Shown: positions 36,790-49,635 of the stretch, piece after piece
How the letters are laid out: the number at the start of each line of letters is the position of its first letter
Position numbering within the stretch: the stretch's first letter is position 1
Source: Oligoflexales bacterium
GTDB taxonomy: Bacteria > Bdellovibrionota_B > Oligoflexia > Oligoflexales > Bog-1112
Assembly (NCBI GenBank): GCA_013215275.1
Contig: JABSRF010000002.1
Span: 1 to 59,762 of the forward strand
Length of the DNA stretch: 59,762 nucleotides
Reading direction: 5' to 3'
Position numbers and translations under genes: made by a program
The notes under the pieces: generated by a model
What the model was told of the DNA's origin: nothing
What the model saw: only the letters and a program-made list of their open reading frames with translations
The model's database searches: none

Positions 36790-37587
36790 ATGGAAGCTTC
36801 AAACCCGGAACAAGAAGATCAAGAATTAGAACAAAGTGTGGATGCTTCCGCTGAAGGTCACCAAGTTGATGATGCTGCGGGTGAGGTGCAAGAGGCTGAT
36901 GTAAGCGCTTCGGATGAGCCGAGTTCGGACACGGAAGTTGCAGTGCAAGCTGATGATGAGCAAGACGCAGTTGAGGAGCCCCAGCTTACTCAAGAAGAAA
37001 TCATAACTGAAGAAAAGCGAAAGCTGATAACTGACCCTCGGTATCGTTGGTATATTGTTAATACCTATTCAGGGTCAGAAGAGACTGTGAGAATTGCCTT
37101 GCAGGAGCGCATTGCTCGTGCAGGTTTAGAGGATAATTTTGGCGAGATTTTCGTGCCAAAAATGGTGGTAGAGAAAGTTTTAAAGAGCGGCAAGAAGAAG
37201 CTTGTTGATAAGACTACATTTCCTGGCTACGTGCTAGTGCAGATGGAAATGAATGACTCTACCATGGGGTGTGTGAGTTCGACACCAAAAGTAACGGGGT
37301 TTGTGGGTAACCGTAGAAACCCAAGAGCGATGGCTGATAAAGAGGTTCTTCGCTTATTGACTCCTTCTATGGCACAAACTGGGACAGAAGCTCCTGGTGA
37401 GGTGGCGACTAAGGTTAAGTTTAGTAAAGGTGAAGGCGTTAAAGTAACCGATGGTCCATTTACGAACTTCGACGGCGTAATCGAAGAAGTTCGAGCAGAT
37501 AAAATGAAGTTAAAAGTACTAGTTAGCATTTTCGGAAGAGAAACTCCTGTCGAGCTGGGATATAATCAAGTTGAAAAGCTTACCTGA
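36790..37587 (+). CDS. nusG: Transcription termination/antitermination factor NusG with an acidic N-terminal extension of about 85 aa
   Basis: RWYIVNTYSGSEETV (NGN) and KFSKGEGVKVTDGPFTNFDGVIEEV (KOW). ATG 36790 has a gaggtga SD. No ATG, GTG or TTG lies near the canonical NGN start. Confidence 0.95.
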   Translation: MEASNPEQEDQELEQSVDASAEGHQVDDAAGEVQEADVSASDEPSSDTEVAVQADDEQDAVEEPQLTQEEIITEEKRKLITDPRYRWYIVNTYSGSEETVRIALQERIARAGLEDNFGEIFVPKMVVEKVLKSGKKKLVDKTTFPGYVLVQMEMNDSTMGCVSSTPKVTGFVGNRRNPRAMADKEVLRLLTPSMAQTGTEAPGEVATKVKFSKGEGVKVTDGPFTNFDGVIEEVRADKMKLKVLVSIFGRETPVELGYNQVEKLT

Positions 37588-37715
37588 ACCAGCTATGATA
37601 TTCCGCCTTTGTAGGAAATAGATTGACTTTTTCTAAAAATGTGAATAAACAGACGGCTTGCGTAATCTGTGTGAGGATTGCCGACGCGTTACGATGATAG
37701 AAGGAGGCTGTAACT

Positions 37716-38138
37716 GTGGCCAAGAAAGTAAGCTCTTTAATTAAACTACAAATCCCTGCTGGAAAAGCGAATCCAGCTCCTCCCATCGGGCCTGCATTGG
37801 GTGCTAAGGGTGTGAATATCATGGCTTTCTGTAAAGAGTTTAACGCTCGTACACAGAAACAAGCTGGGGATATCCTACCAACAATCATAACGGTATATAA
37901 TGACAAGTCTTTTACTTTCATTACTAAGACTCCTCCAGCTTCTCAGCTTCTTATGAAGGCTGCAGGGATTAAAAAGGGGTCTCAGACTCCAGGTACAGCT
38001 ACTTGCGGTACGATCAGCATGGATAAGGTTAAAGAGATTGCTACTGCTAAGATGCAAGATCTTAACGCTTATGATGTGGATGCGGCTGCTAAGATTATTG
38101 CGGGCTCTGCTCGTAGTATGGGACTAGAAGTTAAGTAA
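37716..38138 (+). CDS. rplK: 50S ribosomal protein L11
   Basis: [23 protein letters not shown] start with a gaaggagg SD. Confidence 0.98.
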   Translation: MAKKVSSLIKLQIPAGKANPAPPIGPALGAKGVNIMAFCKEFNARTQKQAGDILPTIITVYNDKSFTFITKTPPASQLLMKAAGIKKGSQTPGTATCGTISMDKVKEIATAKMQDLNAYDVDAAAKIIAGSARSMGLEVK

Positions 38139-38219
38139 GGTCTCAGACTTTGCTTTTTTTGAATAGAGAAGGTAGGAGAGTCATGATTAGCTTGGCTCGT
38201 TTGGACTACGGAGAATTTT

Positions 38220-38912
38220 ATGGCTAAACACGGAAAAAAGTACCGACAGGTATGTGAAAAGCTAGATCGTAGCAAAGCCTACGAGCTGGTAGAGGCTCTT
38301 AAGCTTGTTAAAGAAACTTCTTACAGTAAATTTGCTGGAAGTGTTGATTTGGCAATCAACTTAGGGGTAGATCCAAGGCATGCTGACCAAAATGTTAGAG
38401 GGGCAACACCTCTTCCTCATGGCTTAGGTAAGCAGGTTCGTATCGTTGTTTTCGCTAAAGGCCAAAAGGCTGTAGAAGCGAAAGAAGCTGGGGTTGATTT
38501 TGTAGGTGCTGATGACCTTGCAGAAAAAATCCAGGGCGGCTGGTTAGATTTCGATCAGGTGATTGCAACTCCAGATATGATGGCAGTTGTTGGTAAGCTT
38601 GGCCGTGTTCTTGGCCCTCGTGGTTTGATGCCTAATCCAAAGCTTGGAACTGTGACCTTTGAAGTTGAAAACGCTATCAACGAGCTAAAGGCGGGTCGCG
38701 CAGAGTTTAGAGTTGATAAAGCAGGTATCGTTCATACAATAGTCGGAAAAGTGAGTATGGAAACCGAAAAGCTTGCTGCGAATGTTAATGCAGTCATCGA
38801 TGCCCTGTTAAAGGCTAAGCCTTCAAGTTCTAAGGGGACTTATTTAAAGAAGATAGCGCTATCGGCAACAATGGGACCTGGTGTTAGTGTAGATCCTATC
38901 CCTTTTAGATAG
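38220..38912 (+). CDS. rplA: 50S ribosomal protein L1
   Basis: [33 protein letters not shown]. Confidence 0.98.
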   Translation: MAKHGKKYRQVCEKLDRSKAYELVEALKLVKETSYSKFAGSVDLAINLGVDPRHADQNVRGATPLPHGLGKQVRIVVFAKGQKAVEAKEAGVDFVGADDLAEKIQGGWLDFDQVIATPDMMAVVGKLGRVLGPRGLMPNPKLGTVTFEVENAINELKAGRAEFRVDKAGIVHTIVGKVSMETEKLAANVNAVIDALLKAKPSSSKGTYLKKIALSATMGPGVSVDPIPFR

Positions 38913-38961
38913 ACGGTTTACCTGAGTAGGTTTGCACAGTAGAACATGAGGAAAATGCATC

Positions 38962-39489
38962 ATGGCAGTAAGTAGAGCAACGAAAGAAGTTCTTAAAGAT
39001 CAAATAGCAGAGAGGTTTCAAAACTCTACTGCCTCTCTAGTGGCTGAATACAATGGTATTACCGCGGAAGAATTGGCAGCTCTAAGGGTTGAGCTTCGTA
39101 ACTCTCAAACTGAGTTTAGAGTTATTAAAAATAGAGTCGCAAAAAAGGCAATCGAACATTCGGTTCCTAATGCTGAGCCATTGAAGGACCAGTTAAAAGG
39201 TCCTATCGGAGTGGCTCACATGTACGGCGACGTAGCAGCTGGTACTAAAGCATTGCTCGCTTTTGCTAAGCAAAACGAGAAGTTTAAGGTAACTGGCGGC
39301 GTTATGGATGGCAAGGCGCTCAGCGCGGCTGATATTAAGGCCCTTTCAGAGTTGCCAAGCAAAGAAGAATTAATTGCCAAAATCATTGGTACATTGGTTT
39401 CTCCGCATCGTGGTTTACTCCAGGTTATGAATGGAGTTGGTTCTAATTTGGTGCGCGTAATTAATGCTATCAAAGATACAAAGTCATAA
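38962..39489 (+). CDS. rplJ: 50S ribosomal protein L10
   Basis: Position between rplA and rplL. LRVELRNSQTEFRVIKNRV. Confidence 0.96.
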   Translation: MAVSRATKEVLKDQIAERFQNSTASLVAEYNGITAEELAALRVELRNSQTEFRVIKNRVAKKAIEHSVPNAEPLKDQLKGPIGVAHMYGDVAAGTKALLAFAKQNEKFKVTGGVMDGKALSAADIKALSELPSKEELIAKIIGTLVSPHRGLLQVMNGVGSNLVRVINAIKDTKS

Positions 39490-39556
39490 ACTTTTATTGT
39501 AATCTATTATTAACGACTTCCCGACGAGGATGTTAGGAAAGTATTTGGAGGAAGAC

Positions 39557-39934
39557 ATGTCTAGCGTAACTAAAGAGCAAGTTGTAGAATTTCTTGAGAA
39601 CTTGACTCTTCTTGAAGCAGCCGATTTAGTTAAAGAACTTGAAGAAAAGTTTGGTGTCAGCGCAGCTGCACCTATGGCCGTTGCTGTAGCTGGTGGCGGC
39701 GCTGCTGAAGCTGCTGAAGAGCAAACTGAATTTACTGTGGTTCTTAAGTCTTTTGGTGAAAAGAAAATCAACGTAATTAAAGAAGTTCGTGGACTTCTTG
39801 GCCTTGGCTTGAAAGAAGCTAAAGAGCTTGTTGAATCTGCCCCTAAAGATGTTAAAGAGGGAGTCAGCAAAGAAGAAGCTGAGAAGATTAAAGAAGCGCT
39901 TGAAAAAGCAGGCGCATCTGTTGAGATTAAGTAA
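39557..39934 (+). CDS. rplL: 50S ribosomal protein L7/L12
   Basis: Ala-rich hinge [20 protein letters not shown] and [27 protein letters not shown] 39557 follows ggagga. Confidence 0.98.
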   Translation: MSSVTKEQVVEFLENLTLLEAADLVKELEEKFGVSAAAPMAVAVAGGGAAEAAEEQTEFTVVLKSFGEKKINVIKEVRGLLGLGLKEAKELVESAPKDVKEGVSKEEAEKIKEALEKAGASVEIK

Positions 39935-40087
39935 TTTCCCCCTTTTCCTAATTCAGAAAGATTATATCCCTGGATTGGGAAAAGGACCGAACAGAAATTC
40001 AGTTAGCACTTTTTAATACATTTACCTTCCCATGGGCAGTTGTGTCTGTGGGTTTCTGTCGTTACTTCCTTCTGATCGGAGAATAAT

Positions 40088-43000
40088 ATGACGTCTCTGG
40101 ACGCTTCGTTTACGCGACCAAGAAAAAGCTACCAAAAGGTAACTCCGGCAATAGACCATCCATATCTTATCGAAATACAAAAAACAAGCTATGGTCAATT
40201 CCTGCAGGATCAGGTGGATTCTGAAAAACGCAAGCAAGTTGGTTTGCAAGCTGTGTTCAATTCAGTTTTTCCGATCAGTGACTTTTCGGAAACCGCCTCA
40301 GTCGAATTTGTCAGTTATTCTTTCGAACAGCCAAAATACACGGTAGGTGAATGCCGACAACGTGGTATGAGTTTTGCTGCGCCTCTCAAAGTGGTTATTC
40401 GACTCGTAATTTGGGATGTTGATAAAGAAACCAATGTTCGCAGCATTAGAGATGTGAAAGAGCAAGAAGTCTATTTCGGTGAAATCCCGTTAATGACCGA
40501 TAGCGGTACATTTATCATCAATGGCACCGAAAGGGTAGTGGTTTCTCAGCTCCATCGTTCGTCAGGTGTATTCTTTGATCACGACAAAGGTAAAAATAGT
40601 GCGTCTGGAAAACTTTTATACACTGCCAGGGTAATTCCCTATCGTGGCAGTTGGTTAGATTTTGAGTTCGACAGCAAAGATATTCTTTATGTCAGAATTG
40701 ACCGTCGCCGTAAGATGCACGCGACGATCCTGCTTAAAGCTTTAGGTGATACTGATGAAGAGCTTCTGGCTCACTTCTACAAGCGAGAAGTAATCATCAT
40801 TCATGAGGGTGAGTTCAGAATCAATTTGAACTTCGACCTCTTGCGCGGACAGAGAGCGAGTTCAGATATTGTAGACCCAACATCTGGCCGAGTTTATGTG
40901 AAGAAAAACCGCCGGATATCAGTTGGTGCTATCCGCCAGATGGAATCTGCTGGCTTGACTTACCAGCCTCTAAAATCAGAGGACTTAATTGGTAAGGTCG
41001 TTGCACAAAATATATTGGATAAAGAAGGCGATGTCCTAGTTCCAATTAACACCGAATTAAGCGAAGACGATATCAGGAATATCGTAAACGCTGGTGTTGA
41101 TGAGTTTCAGACCCTATTTATTGATGGTGTAAATGTCGACGGTTCTTTCAGGCAAACCTTACTTGCTGACAAGATTGAAACTCGCGAAGATGCCATTTTA
41201 GAAATATACAAAAGACTACGCCCTGGTGATCCACCCACTTTGGAACCAGCTGAGGCGTTATTTAATAATTTGTTTTTCAATCCTGACCGTTATGACTTAA
41301 GTGCAGTCGGCCGTTTGAAGTTAAATGAGCGTCTAGGCGTTGATGAGCCGATCGAGCAGAGAACTCTGACCAAGGAAGATATCCTTGCAACGGTTTCCAC
41401 CTTGCTCAAGCTTAAGACAGGCCAGGGTGATATCGACGACATCGATCACTTAGGTAATCGTCGTGTCAGAGCTGTCGGGGAGCTTTTGGAGAACCAATAC
41501 AGGATTGGCCTCTTGCGAATTGAGCGCGCTATACGCGAGCGCCTTCAGTTGCAAGATGTTGACACCTTGCTTCCTCATGATTTTATCAATAACAAACCAG
41601 CATCTGCTGTTGTAAAAGAATTTTTTGGTAGCTCACAGTTAAGCCAGTTTATGGACCAGACTAACCCATTGTCTGAGATTACCCATAAGAGAAGGCTGTC
41701 TGCCCTTGGGCCTGGTGGACTTAGTCGTGAAAGGGCGGGTTTCGAGGTCAGGGACGTTCACCCCACTCACTATGGTCGTATTTGTCCTGTTGAAACCCCT
41801 GAAGGTCCAAATATTGGTTTGATTTCTTCTCTTGCATCTTTTGCACGGGTCAACGACTACGGTTTCATTGAGACTCCGTACCGAGAGCTAAGGGATGAAG
41901 AAGGAAAGCTACATACCAAAGCTGAGGTTCGTTATTACTCAGCATCTGAAGAGCATCAAGAGCATGTCATTGCCCAGGCAATGAGGCTCGAAGAATTTAC
42001 AGACGACGAGTACCTTGGAGTTCGTCGTAAGGGTGAGAGTGAGATTGTCCGCGGTGAAGAAGCGGACTTGATGGATGTTGCGACGACTCAGCTTGTGTCC
42101 ATTGCTGCAAACTTGATCCCATTTCTACAGAATGACGATGCAAACAGAGCCCTGATGGGCTCAAACATGATGCGCCAAGCTGTGCCATTGATTCAGACTC
42201 GGGCTCCATTGATTGGTACCGGTATGGAAAAAGTGGTTGCACGAGATTCCGGTGCTTCCGTTGTCGTTAAGCGCGAGGGTACCGTTGTATCTGTGGATGC
42301 TGAGCGTATCGTCGTTAAGATCGTTGGCGAAGGTAATGAGACCCTCACCGAGGTGGGTGCCGACGTTGATATTTATAGCCTTAAAAAATACAGACGTTCA
42401 AACCTTGATACCTGTATTAACCAGAAGCCGATTGTGAAGGTCGGGGAGCGAGTTCATGTCGGTGATGTTATTGCTGACGGTTTCGCGACTGAAATGGGTG
42501 AGCTGGCTTTGGGGCAAAATGTAACTGTGGCCTTTATGCCTTGGAATGGTTACAACTTCGAGGATTCCATCCTAATTTCTGAGCGTGTTGTTAAAGAAGA
42601 CCTCTATACTTCGGTTCATATTCAAGAGTTTGAGTGTATCTCAAGGGATACTAAGCTCGGTCAGGAAGAAATTACCTCTGATATCCCAAATGTTGGTGAA
42701 GATGCCCTTGCAAACCTCGATGAGGCTGGGATTATCCGCATTGGTGCAGAAGTTAAGCCTGGAGACATTTTAGTAGGTAAGATCACTCCGAAAGGTGAAA
42801 CTCAGCTTACTCCTGAAGAAAAACTTCTAAGGGCAATTTTCGGCGAGAAGGCTGGTGATGTTAGGGACACCTCCCTAAGGGTTTCCCCTGGTGTGACTGG
42901 TACGGTGATCGGCTGTAAAGTCTTCTCAAGAGAAGGTTCTGAAAAGGACGCTCGTAGTTTGAGAATTGAAGAGGCTGAGTCTGCCAAGATGCGCAAGGAT

Positions 43001-44242
43001 GAGGCTGATCGTATTGCCATCATTAAAGATTCTGCTATGAGAAAAATCATCAGAATTTGCGAAGGCACTGTTATTGCCAGCGAGGTCGCTTCAAAAGAAG
43101 GCCAGGTGCTTGCAAGCCCAGGCGGTTCCATAACTCGCGAGGCGCTCGATGGGATTGACTATCGCTACTGGTTTGATCTAACGGTGGAAGACGCCGAAAA
43201 GAATGGGCTTTTAGCTAAAGTACTCCAAAATCTAAAAGAAAAAGTTACTCAGATTAAGTTCATGACTGATGAAATGCTTAAGAAAGTAACTAAAGGCGAT
43301 GAATTGCCTCCTGGTGTTATTAAGATGGTCAAGGTCTATGTTGCCATTAAGCGTAAGCTTAGGGTTGGTGATAAAATGGCCGGTCGTCACGGTAACAAAG
43401 GGGTTGTCTCACGGATCCTTCCTGAGCAGGACATGCCATTTACCAAGGACGGGGTTCCTGTCGACGTGGTGTTAAACCCGCTGGGTGTACCATCTCGTAT
43501 GAACGTCGGGCAGATTTTGGAAACTCACCTTGGGTGGGCTTCAAAAAACCTTGGGATCAGGCTAAACGAAATGTTAGCTAGTGGTTGTTCACGCCAAGAG
43601 CTGGAAGATATGTGCCTCAAGATCTGGGATACAGATAACGTCACAGATGTTAGAGAGTTTGTTAGAAGCTGTTCTGATGAGCATCTAAAAGATTTCATCA
43701 GGAAATATAGAGAAGGTGTCCATTTTGCAAACCCAGTCTTTGATGGCTCTAACGAGGGTGAAATTGAAAATGCCCTAGAGTTAGCTGGCTTAGACAAAGA
43801 CGGTAAGATGGAGCTGTTTGATGGCCTAACTGGTGAGCGCTTTCACAATCGCGTTACCGTTGGTGTCATGTATGTTCTAAAACTACATCACTTGGTAGAC
43901 GAGAAGATTCACGCCCGTTCAATTGGCCCATACTCGCTTGTAACTCAGCAACCGCTTGGTGGTAAGGCTCAGTTCGGTGGTCAGCGATTAGGGGAGATGG
44001 AAGTTTGGGCGATGGAGGCTTATGGAGCTGCTTACACACTTCAGGAGATGCTAACAGTTAAGTCCGATGACGTATTGGGCCGTACCCGTATGTACGAGTC
44101 AATTGTCAAGGGAACTAATATAGCGACTCCAGGGGTACCTGAGAGCTTTAATGTACTTGTAAAAGAACTTCAGAGCTTGGCATTGGACATCAACTTAATC
44201 AGGGCTGATGGCCGAGAAATGGGTATTGAGGGACTTCAATAG
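40088..44242 (+). CDS. rpoB: DNA-directed RNA polymerase beta subunit
   Basis: 1384 aa. [15 protein letters not shown] (rifampicin region), [33 protein letters not shown]. Confidence 0.99.
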   Translation: MTSLDASFTRPRKSYQKVTPAIDHPYLIEIQKTSYGQFLQDQVDSEKRKQVGLQAVFNSVFPISDFSETASVEFVSYSFEQPKYTVGECRQRGMSFAAPLKVVIRLVIWDVDKETNVRSIRDVKEQEVYFGEIPLMTDSGTFIINGTERVVVSQLHRSSGVFFDHDKGKNSASGKLLYTARVIPYRGSWLDFEFDSKDILYVRIDRRRKMHATILLKALGDTDEELLAHFYKREVIIIHEGEFRINLNFDLLRGQRASSDIVDPTSGRVYVKKNRRISVGAIRQMESAGLTYQPLKSEDLIGKVVAQNILDKEGDVLVPINTELSEDDIRNIVNAGVDEFQTLFIDGVNVDGSFRQTLLADKIETREDAILEIYKRLRPGDPPTLEPAEALFNNLFFNPDRYDLSAVGRLKLNERLGVDEPIEQRTLTKEDILATVSTLLKLKTGQGDIDDIDHLGNRRVRAVGELLENQYRIGLLRIERAIRERLQLQDVDTLLPHDFINNKPASAVVKEFFGSSQLSQFMDQTNPLSEITHKRRLSALGPGGLSRERAGFEVRDVHPTHYGRICPVETPEGPNIGLISSLASFARVNDYGFIETPYRELRDEEGKLHTKAEVRYYSASEEHQEHVIAQAMRLEEFTDDEYLGVRRKGESEIVRGEEADLMDVATTQLVSIAANLIPFLQNDDANRALMGSNMMRQAVPLIQTRAPLIGTGMEKVVARDSGASVVVKREGTVVSVDAERIVVKIVGEGNETLTEVGADVDIYSLKKYRRSNLDTCINQKPIVKVGERVHVGDVIADGFATEMGELALGQNVTVAFMPWNGYNFEDSILISERVVKEDLYTSVHIQEFECISRDTKLGQEEITSDIPNVGEDALANLDEAGIIRIGAEVKPGDILVGKITPKGETQLTPEEKLLRAIFGEKAGDVRDTSLRVSPGVTGTVIGCKVFSREGSEKDARSLRIEEAESAKMRKDEADRIAIIKDSAMRKIIRICEGTVIASEVASKEGQVLASPGGSITREALDGIDYRYWFDLTVEDAEKNGLLAKVLQNLKEKVTQIKFMTDEMLKKVTKGDELPPGVIKMVKVYVAIKRKLRVGDKMAGRHGNKGVVSRILPEQDMPFTKDGVPVDVVLNPLGVPSRMNVGQILETHLGWASKNLGIRLNEMLASGCSRQELEDMCLKIWDTDNVTDVREFVRSCSDEHLKDFIRKYREGVHFANPVFDGSNEGEIENALELAGLDKDGKMELFDGLTGERFHNRVTVGVMYVLKLHHLVDEKIHARSIGPYSLVTQQPLGGKAQFGGQRLGEMEVWAMEAYGAAYTLQEMLTVKSDDVLGRTRMYESIVKGTNIATPGVPESFNVLVKELQSLALDINLIRADGREMGIEGLQ

Positions 44243-44340
44243 CAATATTGTTTTTTTCGAGAGTAAAGGGCAGCTTGGCTCTTTTTTTCTCCGGTTCATA
44301 GGCCTAAACATAAGTTAAAATCTCTCCCAAGGAGAACGGT

Positions 44341-47300
44341 TTGAAAGATTTATTAAATTTCTTCGATAAGCCTACAGATCCGCTAAATTTTAGCGCGATC
44401 AAAATTTCTTTAGCTTCACCGGAGAAGATCCGTAGCTGGTCCTTTGGTGAAGTTAAAAAGCCAGAGACTATAAACTATCGTACCTTTAAGCCAGAGCGTG
44501 ACGGGCTTTTCTGTGCCAAAATCTTTGGGCCTGTCAGAGATTTTGAGTGTATCTGCGGTAAGTATAAGCGCATGAAGCACCGCGGAATTGTTTGTGATAA
44601 ATGCGGTGTCGAGGTTATTCACTCTAAGGTACGTCGTGAGCGCATGGGTCACATAAACCTTGCATGCCCAGTCGCTCATATTTGGTTTTTAAAGTCTTTG
44701 CCGTCTCGTATCGGTGCGATCCTTGATATTACCCTCAAGGATATCGAACGTGTTCTATATAGCGAATCATATGTGGTCTTGGATCCAGGTGATGAAGCGA
44801 ACACAGGGCTTGATAAAGGTCAGGTCCTATCAGAAGAAGAGTATGATGAAGCCATTGCCAAGCTAGGCAACGGTGCCTTCCGTATTGGTGTTGGTGCCGA
44901 GGCAGTTCTTGAGCTTCTCCAGGGTCTTAAGATCGAGGACCTCGTAGAAGATCTACGTAAAGACCTTTCAGAAGCAACCTCAGAAGCAAATCGTAAAAAG
45001 CTTCAAAGAAGACTTAAGGTTGTTGAGGCCTTCAACACTCGTGATGAAAGCGGCAACTTTGCTGCAAAGCCAGAGTGGATGATGCTTACGGTAATTCCGG
45101 TGCAGCCACCAGATCTGCGTCCATTGGTTCCTCTCGATGGTGGCCGCTTTGCAACCTCTGACCTAAACGATTTATACCGACGTGTTATAAACCGTAATAA
45201 TAGGCTTTTAAGGCTAATCGAACTAAACGCTCCCGATATCATTGTGCGTAATGAAAAACGAATGCTCCAAGAAGCAGTCGATGCATTATTTGACAATGGG
45301 CGTAGGGGTAAGGTGTTCACTGGTCCTAACAAGCGTCCTCTTCGATCCTTGTCAGACTTCTTGAAGGGTAAGCAAGGTCGATTTAGGCAAAACCTTCTAG
45401 GTAAGCGTGTGGATTACTCTGGTCGTTCGGTTATTGTTGTGGGACCAGACCTAAGGCTACACCAGTGTGGTTTGCCAAAGAAGATGGCATTGGAGCTATT
45501 CAAGCCCTTCCTTTATTCGAAGCTTGAAGAGCATGGAATCGTTTCTACCATTAAGAGTGCCAAAAAACTTGTTGAGAAAGAGCACCCTGAAGTCTGGGAT
45601 ATCCTTGAAGAAGTTACCAAGGAGCACCCGATTTTATTAAACCGTGCCCCAACTCTTCACCGCTTAGGTATCCAGGCTTTTGAGCCGGTTTTGATAGAAG
45701 GTAAAGCGATTCGTTTGCACCCTCTTGTCTGTTTTGCATTTAATGCTGACTTTGACGGTGACCAGATGGCTGTTCACTTGCCGCTTTCAGTTGAAGCGCA
45801 GATGGAAGCCAGGGTGTTGATGATGTCGACCAATAATATTTTGAGTCCGGCATCTGGGTCTCCAGTTATTGTTCCGTCTCAGGATATTGTACTTGGTGTT
45901 TATTACCTAACGAAAGAAGACCTCACTGCACAGGGTGCAGGGCATACTTTTGCGAATATTGAGGAAGCTCGAGTTGCTTATGACCATGATGAAGTTGGGT
46001 TGCAAGCACCTATTCAGGTAAGGTTGAGAGAAGGTGAAGACTTAGTCCAGACGACGATCGGTCGTGCTTTGCTTTCAGAGGTCGTTCCTCAAGAGATTTT
46101 ATTTGAAACTTACAACAAAGTGATGGGTAAAAAAGAGCTAGCAGCCTTAGTCGAGACTTGTTTCCGTAGGTGCGGTCCTAAGAAAACAGTCCTGATGGCT
46201 GATGCTTTGAGAACCCTTGGTTACTCTTACTCAACCCGCGCTGGGCTTTCGATTTCCATTGTTGATATGGTCATCCCAGATGAGAAAAAAGATCTCTTGG
46301 CGGGTGCAGAAGACGAAGTTAAACGCATTAAAGAGCAGTACTCTGAAGGCCTTCTGACAGAAGGTGAGCGTTATAACAAAGTCGTTGATATTTGGGCGAA
46401 TGTTACTGAAAGCATCGCTGAGTGTATGTTCAATAACATTGCAGAGATGGAAGTCACCGACAAAGACGGGAACAAACGAGTGGTCCCAAGTGACAACAGT
46501 ATCTTCATGATGGCTGACTCGGGAGCGAGGGGTTCTGCCCAACAGATCCGTCAGTTGGCTGGTATGAGGGGTCTGATGTCGAAGCCGTCAGGTGAGATTA
46601 TCGAGACACCAATTACAGCGAATTTTCGTGAAGGTTTGACCGTACTTCAGTACTTCACCTCAACTCACGGTGCGCGTAAAGGTCTTGCTGATACGGCATT
46701 GAAAACTGCAAGTTCTGGTTATTTGACCAGAAGGCTTGTTGATGTTGCTCAAGACTGCATCATTAATGAAATCGATTGCGGTGTTCAAGAAGGGGTTAAA
46801 GTTACTCCGATCCGTGATGGTTCCGAAATACGAGTATCACTGACTGAGAGGATCCTAGGTCGAACCATCATTGGAGGTGACATAGTCGATTCGAAATCAG
46901 GCCAAGTGATTGTTGAAAACAATACCCTTCTTGATGAAGGCCTGTGCGAGAAGATCGAACAAGCGGGAGTGGAAGAAGTTGAGATACGCTCTCTACTAAC
47001 ATGCCGGACTCAACGGGGGGTTTGTGCAAGCTGTTATGGAAGAGACTTATCTTCAGGAAGCTTGGTGGACGTAGGTGAGGCAGTGGGTGTCATTGCTGCT
47101 CAGTCCATTGGTGAGCCAGGAACTCAGCTTACGATGCGTACCTTCCACTTTGGTGGTACTGCTACCCATAAAGTTGAAAGTAACGCAGTTGAAAGTCGCT
47201 TCACCGGTAAGACCAAGTTCCACAATATTAGGGCAGTCAACAATCGAGAAGGTCGAAAGGTTGTCTTAAGCCGAAATGGTGAGATCCAAGTTGTGGATAT

Positions 47301-48504
47301 GGATGGTAAGGTAAGAGATACCTACCCAATTATTTACGGTACAGTCTTATCAGTGGAGGATGGCTCAGATGTCTCAGCTGGTGATAAGCTTGGCGAATGG
47401 GACCCCTTTGCAGTTCCAATCGTTGCAGAAGTGTCCGGTAAGATTCGCTACTTCGACTTGAGAGAAGGAAAGACTCTTGAGGAGAAGGTTGATGACGTCA
47501 CTTTCTTGACAAGAAAAGTAGTGACAGAGAGCAAAAGCGACCAGCTTAAGCCAGCACTCGAGATTGTGGATGAGAATGGGGACTTAGTCCAAACAGACGG
47601 TGGTAAAGGAAGTTACTCCTTGCCAGTTGGCTGTATCATTAATATCAATGAGGAAGCGGACGTTGTGCCTGGGGATATTCTTGCGAAGATCCCAAGGGAA
47701 GCGACCAAGACAAAAGATATCACCGGTGGTCTTCCTAGAGTTGCAGAGCTGTTTGAAGCAAGGAAGCCAAAAGACATTGCGGTAATGGCTGACCGTGATG
47801 GTACCATTTCCTTCGGTGAAGATACCAAAGGGAAGCGTAAGATCTTAGTCACCGACTTAAATGCTAACCAAAAAGAATACCTTATCCCTAAAGGAAAGCA
47901 TTTTCTCGTCAACGAAGGTGACTATGTCCGTAAAGGTGAGGCTTTAGTCGATGGTCAACCGAATCCACATGAGATTCTAGCGGTTCTTGGAAACGTTGCT
48001 CTTGCTGAGTATTTAGTCAACGAAGTCCAGGATGTTTATCGTCTGCAGGGTGTGAAGATCAATGATAAGCACATTGAAGTCATTATCAGGCAGATGTTAA
48101 GGCGTGTGAATGTCACCGATCCTGGGGATACTCGCTTCTTGCCAACAGAAACGGCAGAGAAGTTTGACGTACTAGCGGTGAACCCTAAGATGGAAGAAGA
48201 AGGTAAGAAGCCAGCAATTTGGGAGCCAGTTTTACTTGGTATTACCAAAGCTTCACTTTCAACTGACAGCTTTATTTCTGCTGCTTCATTCCAGGAAACC
48301 ACTAAGGTCCTAACGCATGCAGCGATAAATAGTAAAATTGACTATTTGCGTGGCCTTAAGGAAAACGTTACTATGGGACGGTTGATTCCAGCCGGTACGG
48401 GGGCTGCTTACTATCGCAACCTAACTGCTCAGGAAGCTCATGCGATTCCCGCTGCTACTCCAGAGCCGACAGTTGCAGAGCCAGCAGCAAGCGTTTCTTT
48501 GTAA
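44341..48504 (+). CDS. rpoC: DNA-directed RNA polymerase beta' subunit
   Basis: 1387 aa. Zn finger [20 protein letters not shown], the catalytic [12 protein letters not shown] motif, and trigger-loop regions. TTG start with an aaggaga SD. Confidence 0.99.
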   Translation: MKDLLNFFDKPTDPLNFSAIKISLASPEKIRSWSFGEVKKPETINYRTFKPERDGLFCAKIFGPVRDFECICGKYKRMKHRGIVCDKCGVEVIHSKVRRERMGHINLACPVAHIWFLKSLPSRIGAILDITLKDIERVLYSESYVVLDPGDEANTGLDKGQVLSEEEYDEAIAKLGNGAFRIGVGAEAVLELLQGLKIEDLVEDLRKDLSEATSEANRKKLQRRLKVVEAFNTRDESGNFAAKPEWMMLTVIPVQPPDLRPLVPLDGGRFATSDLNDLYRRVINRNNRLLRLIELNAPDIIVRNEKRMLQEAVDALFDNGRRGKVFTGPNKRPLRSLSDFLKGKQGRFRQNLLGKRVDYSGRSVIVVGPDLRLHQCGLPKKMALELFKPFLYSKLEEHGIVSTIKSAKKLVEKEHPEVWDILEEVTKEHPILLNRAPTLHRLGIQAFEPVLIEGKAIRLHPLVCFAFNADFDGDQMAVHLPLSVEAQMEARVLMMSTNNILSPASGSPVIVPSQDIVLGVYYLTKEDLTAQGAGHTFANIEEARVAYDHDEVGLQAPIQVRLREGEDLVQTTIGRALLSEVVPQEILFETYNKVMGKKELAALVETCFRRCGPKKTVLMADALRTLGYSYSTRAGLSISIVDMVIPDEKKDLLAGAEDEVKRIKEQYSEGLLTEGERYNKVVDIWANVTESIAECMFNNIAEMEVTDKDGNKRVVPSDNSIFMMADSGARGSAQQIRQLAGMRGLMSKPSGEIIETPITANFREGLTVLQYFTSTHGARKGLADTALKTASSGYLTRRLVDVAQDCIINEIDCGVQEGVKVTPIRDGSEIRVSLTERILGRTIIGGDIVDSKSGQVIVENNTLLDEGLCEKIEQAGVEEVEIRSLLTCRTQRGVCASCYGRDLSSGSLVDVGEAVGVIAAQSIGEPGTQLTMRTFHFGGTATHKVESNAVESRFTGKTKFHNIRAVNNREGRKVVLSRNGEIQVVDMDGKVRDTYPIIYGTVLSVEDGSDVSAGDKLGEWDPFAVPIVAEVSGKIRYFDLREGKTLEEKVDDVTFLTRKVVTESKSDQLKPALEIVDENGDLVQTDGGKGSYSLPVGCIININEEADVVPGDILAKIPREATKTKDITGGLPRVAELFEARKPKDIAVMADRDGTISFGEDTKGKRKILVTDLNANQKEYLIPKGKHFLVNEGDYVRKGEALVDGQPNPHEILAVLGNVALAEYLVNEVQDVYRLQGVKINDKHIEVIIRQMLRRVNVTDPGDTRFLPTETAEKFDVLAVNPKMEEEGKKPAIWEPVLLGITKASLSTDSFISAASFQETTKVLTHAAINSKIDYLRGLKENVTMGRLIPAGTGAAYYRNLTAQEAHAIPAATPEPTVAEPAASVSL

Positions 48505-48537
48505 TGTCCTGGTAATGAAGAGAAATTTTCATTCTGT

Positions 48538-48572
48538 GCTGGTTGTTGGAAAGTGACCAGCTTTTATTTTTT
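48538..48572 (+). terminator. Rho-independent terminator after rpoC
   Basis: gctggt-12 nt-accagc followed by ttttatttttt. Confidence 0.6.
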
Positions 48573-48581
48573 AAATTAGTA

Positions 48582-48610
48582 TTGCGTTAAACCATTCAGT
48601 CTGGTAGATA
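48582..48610 (+). promoter_or_regulatory. Putative sigma-70 promoter of the str operon (rpsL-rpsG-fusA)
   Basis: TTGCGT, a 17-nt spacer, then TAGATA, 40 nt upstream of the rpsL ATG. Confidence 0.4.
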
Positions 48611-48649
48611 TGCGGTCTACTTTGACGATAGAGAGAAGGTAGTCGATTT

Positions 48650-49024
48650 ATGCCTACAATTAGCCAAATTATTAGGAAAGGGCGAAAGCAACAAAAGGCC
48701 AAGTCCAAGGGACCTGCCCTTCAAGCCTGCCCCCAGCGTCGCGGTGTATGTATCCGTGTTTATACAACCACTCCTAAAAAGCCGAACTCGGCACTTAGGA
48801 AAGTTGCTAGGGTCCGTTTAACAAACGGTATGGAAGTAACTTCATATATCGGTGGTGAAGGCCACAACCTTCAGGAGCACAGTGTTGTGTTGATCCGTGG
48901 AGGAAAAGTAAAAGACCTTCCTGGTGTGCGTTACCACGTGGTAAGAGGAAGTTTAGATACCCAAGGTGTAAACAACAGGAAGCAGGGACGTAGTAAATAC
49001 GGAACTAAGAAGCCTAAGAAGTAA
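48650..49024 (+). CDS. rpsL: 30S ribosomal protein S12
   Basis: [29 protein letters not shown]. Confidence 0.99.
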   Translation: MPTISQIIRKGRKQQKAKSKGPALQACPQRRGVCIRVYTTTPKKPNSALRKVARVRLTNGMEVTSYIGGEGHNLQEHSVVLIRGGKVKDLPGVRYHVVRGSLDTQGVNNRKQGRSKYGTKKPKK

Positions 49025-49036
49025 TGGAGTGAGATA

Positions 49037-49525
49037 ATGTCTCGTCGGCGCGCAGCAACGAAAAGAGTGGTCCTTCCTGACCCGCTATATAATGAAGAAA
49101 TGGTAACTAAGTTTGTCAGCTGTATGATGAAGCATGGCAAGCGTTCCGCTGCTGAGAAGCAGTTTTATGGTGCACTCGACATCATCAAGAACAAAAGCAT
49201 GAAGGACTTTCCTAAGTGTGAAAGTGTTCTTGATGTATTCAAGCTAGCAATTGAAAACGTTAAGCCTCTTTTGGAAGTTAAGTCCCGTCGTGTTGGTGGA
49301 TCAAACTACCAGGTGCCTATCGAGGTAAGGCCAGAAAGACGTCAAGCATTAGCTTTTAGGTGGCTTGTAGAGTTTTCTCGTAAGCGTCCTGGAAAAGGAA
49401 TGCGTGAAAGACTTGCTGCTGAAATCGTAGACGCTGCACAAAAGCGTGGAGCAACTGTCAAGAGGCGTGAAGACGTCCACAAGATGGCAGACGCGAACAA
49501 GGCATTTGCTCACTATCGCTGGTAA
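49037..49525 (+). CDS. rpsG: 30S ribosomal protein S7
   Basis: [18 protein letters not shown]..., [17 protein letters not shown]. Confidence 0.98.
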   Translation: MSRRRAATKRVVLPDPLYNEEMVTKFVSCMMKHGKRSAAEKQFYGALDIIKNKSMKDFPKCESVLDVFKLAIENVKPLLEVKSRRVGGSNYQVPIEVRPERRQALAFRWLVEFSRKRPGKGMRERLAAEIVDAAQKRGATVKRREDVHKMADANKAFAHYRW

Positions 49526-49635
49526 TTGCTTTCCAGTCACATTTATTATGTTTAAAGTAAAACCCTCCTTTGATGCAGTCATAGGAGGGTATTTCTCGTT
49601 GTGTTAAAGCTATATGACTAAGGTTGGGAAACAGA

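Noticed and set aside
39941-39985. 8-bp stem (ccttttcc ... ggaaaagg) in the 153-nt rplL-rpoB spacer as an attenuator
   Set aside because: The position is right for the known rplL-rpoB attenuator of E. coli. However, the loop is 29 nt, there is no U-tract, and I cannot show conservation, so it is too weak to call.
35126-48302. Numerous 60-110-aa antisense or out-of-frame ORFs inside tuf, rplL, rpoB, rpoC and elsewhere (e.g. 39484-39870, 37580-37921, 42802-43131, 45003-45332)
   Set aside because: They lie completely within highly conserved genes on the other strand or frame. They have no SD and low-complexity translations.
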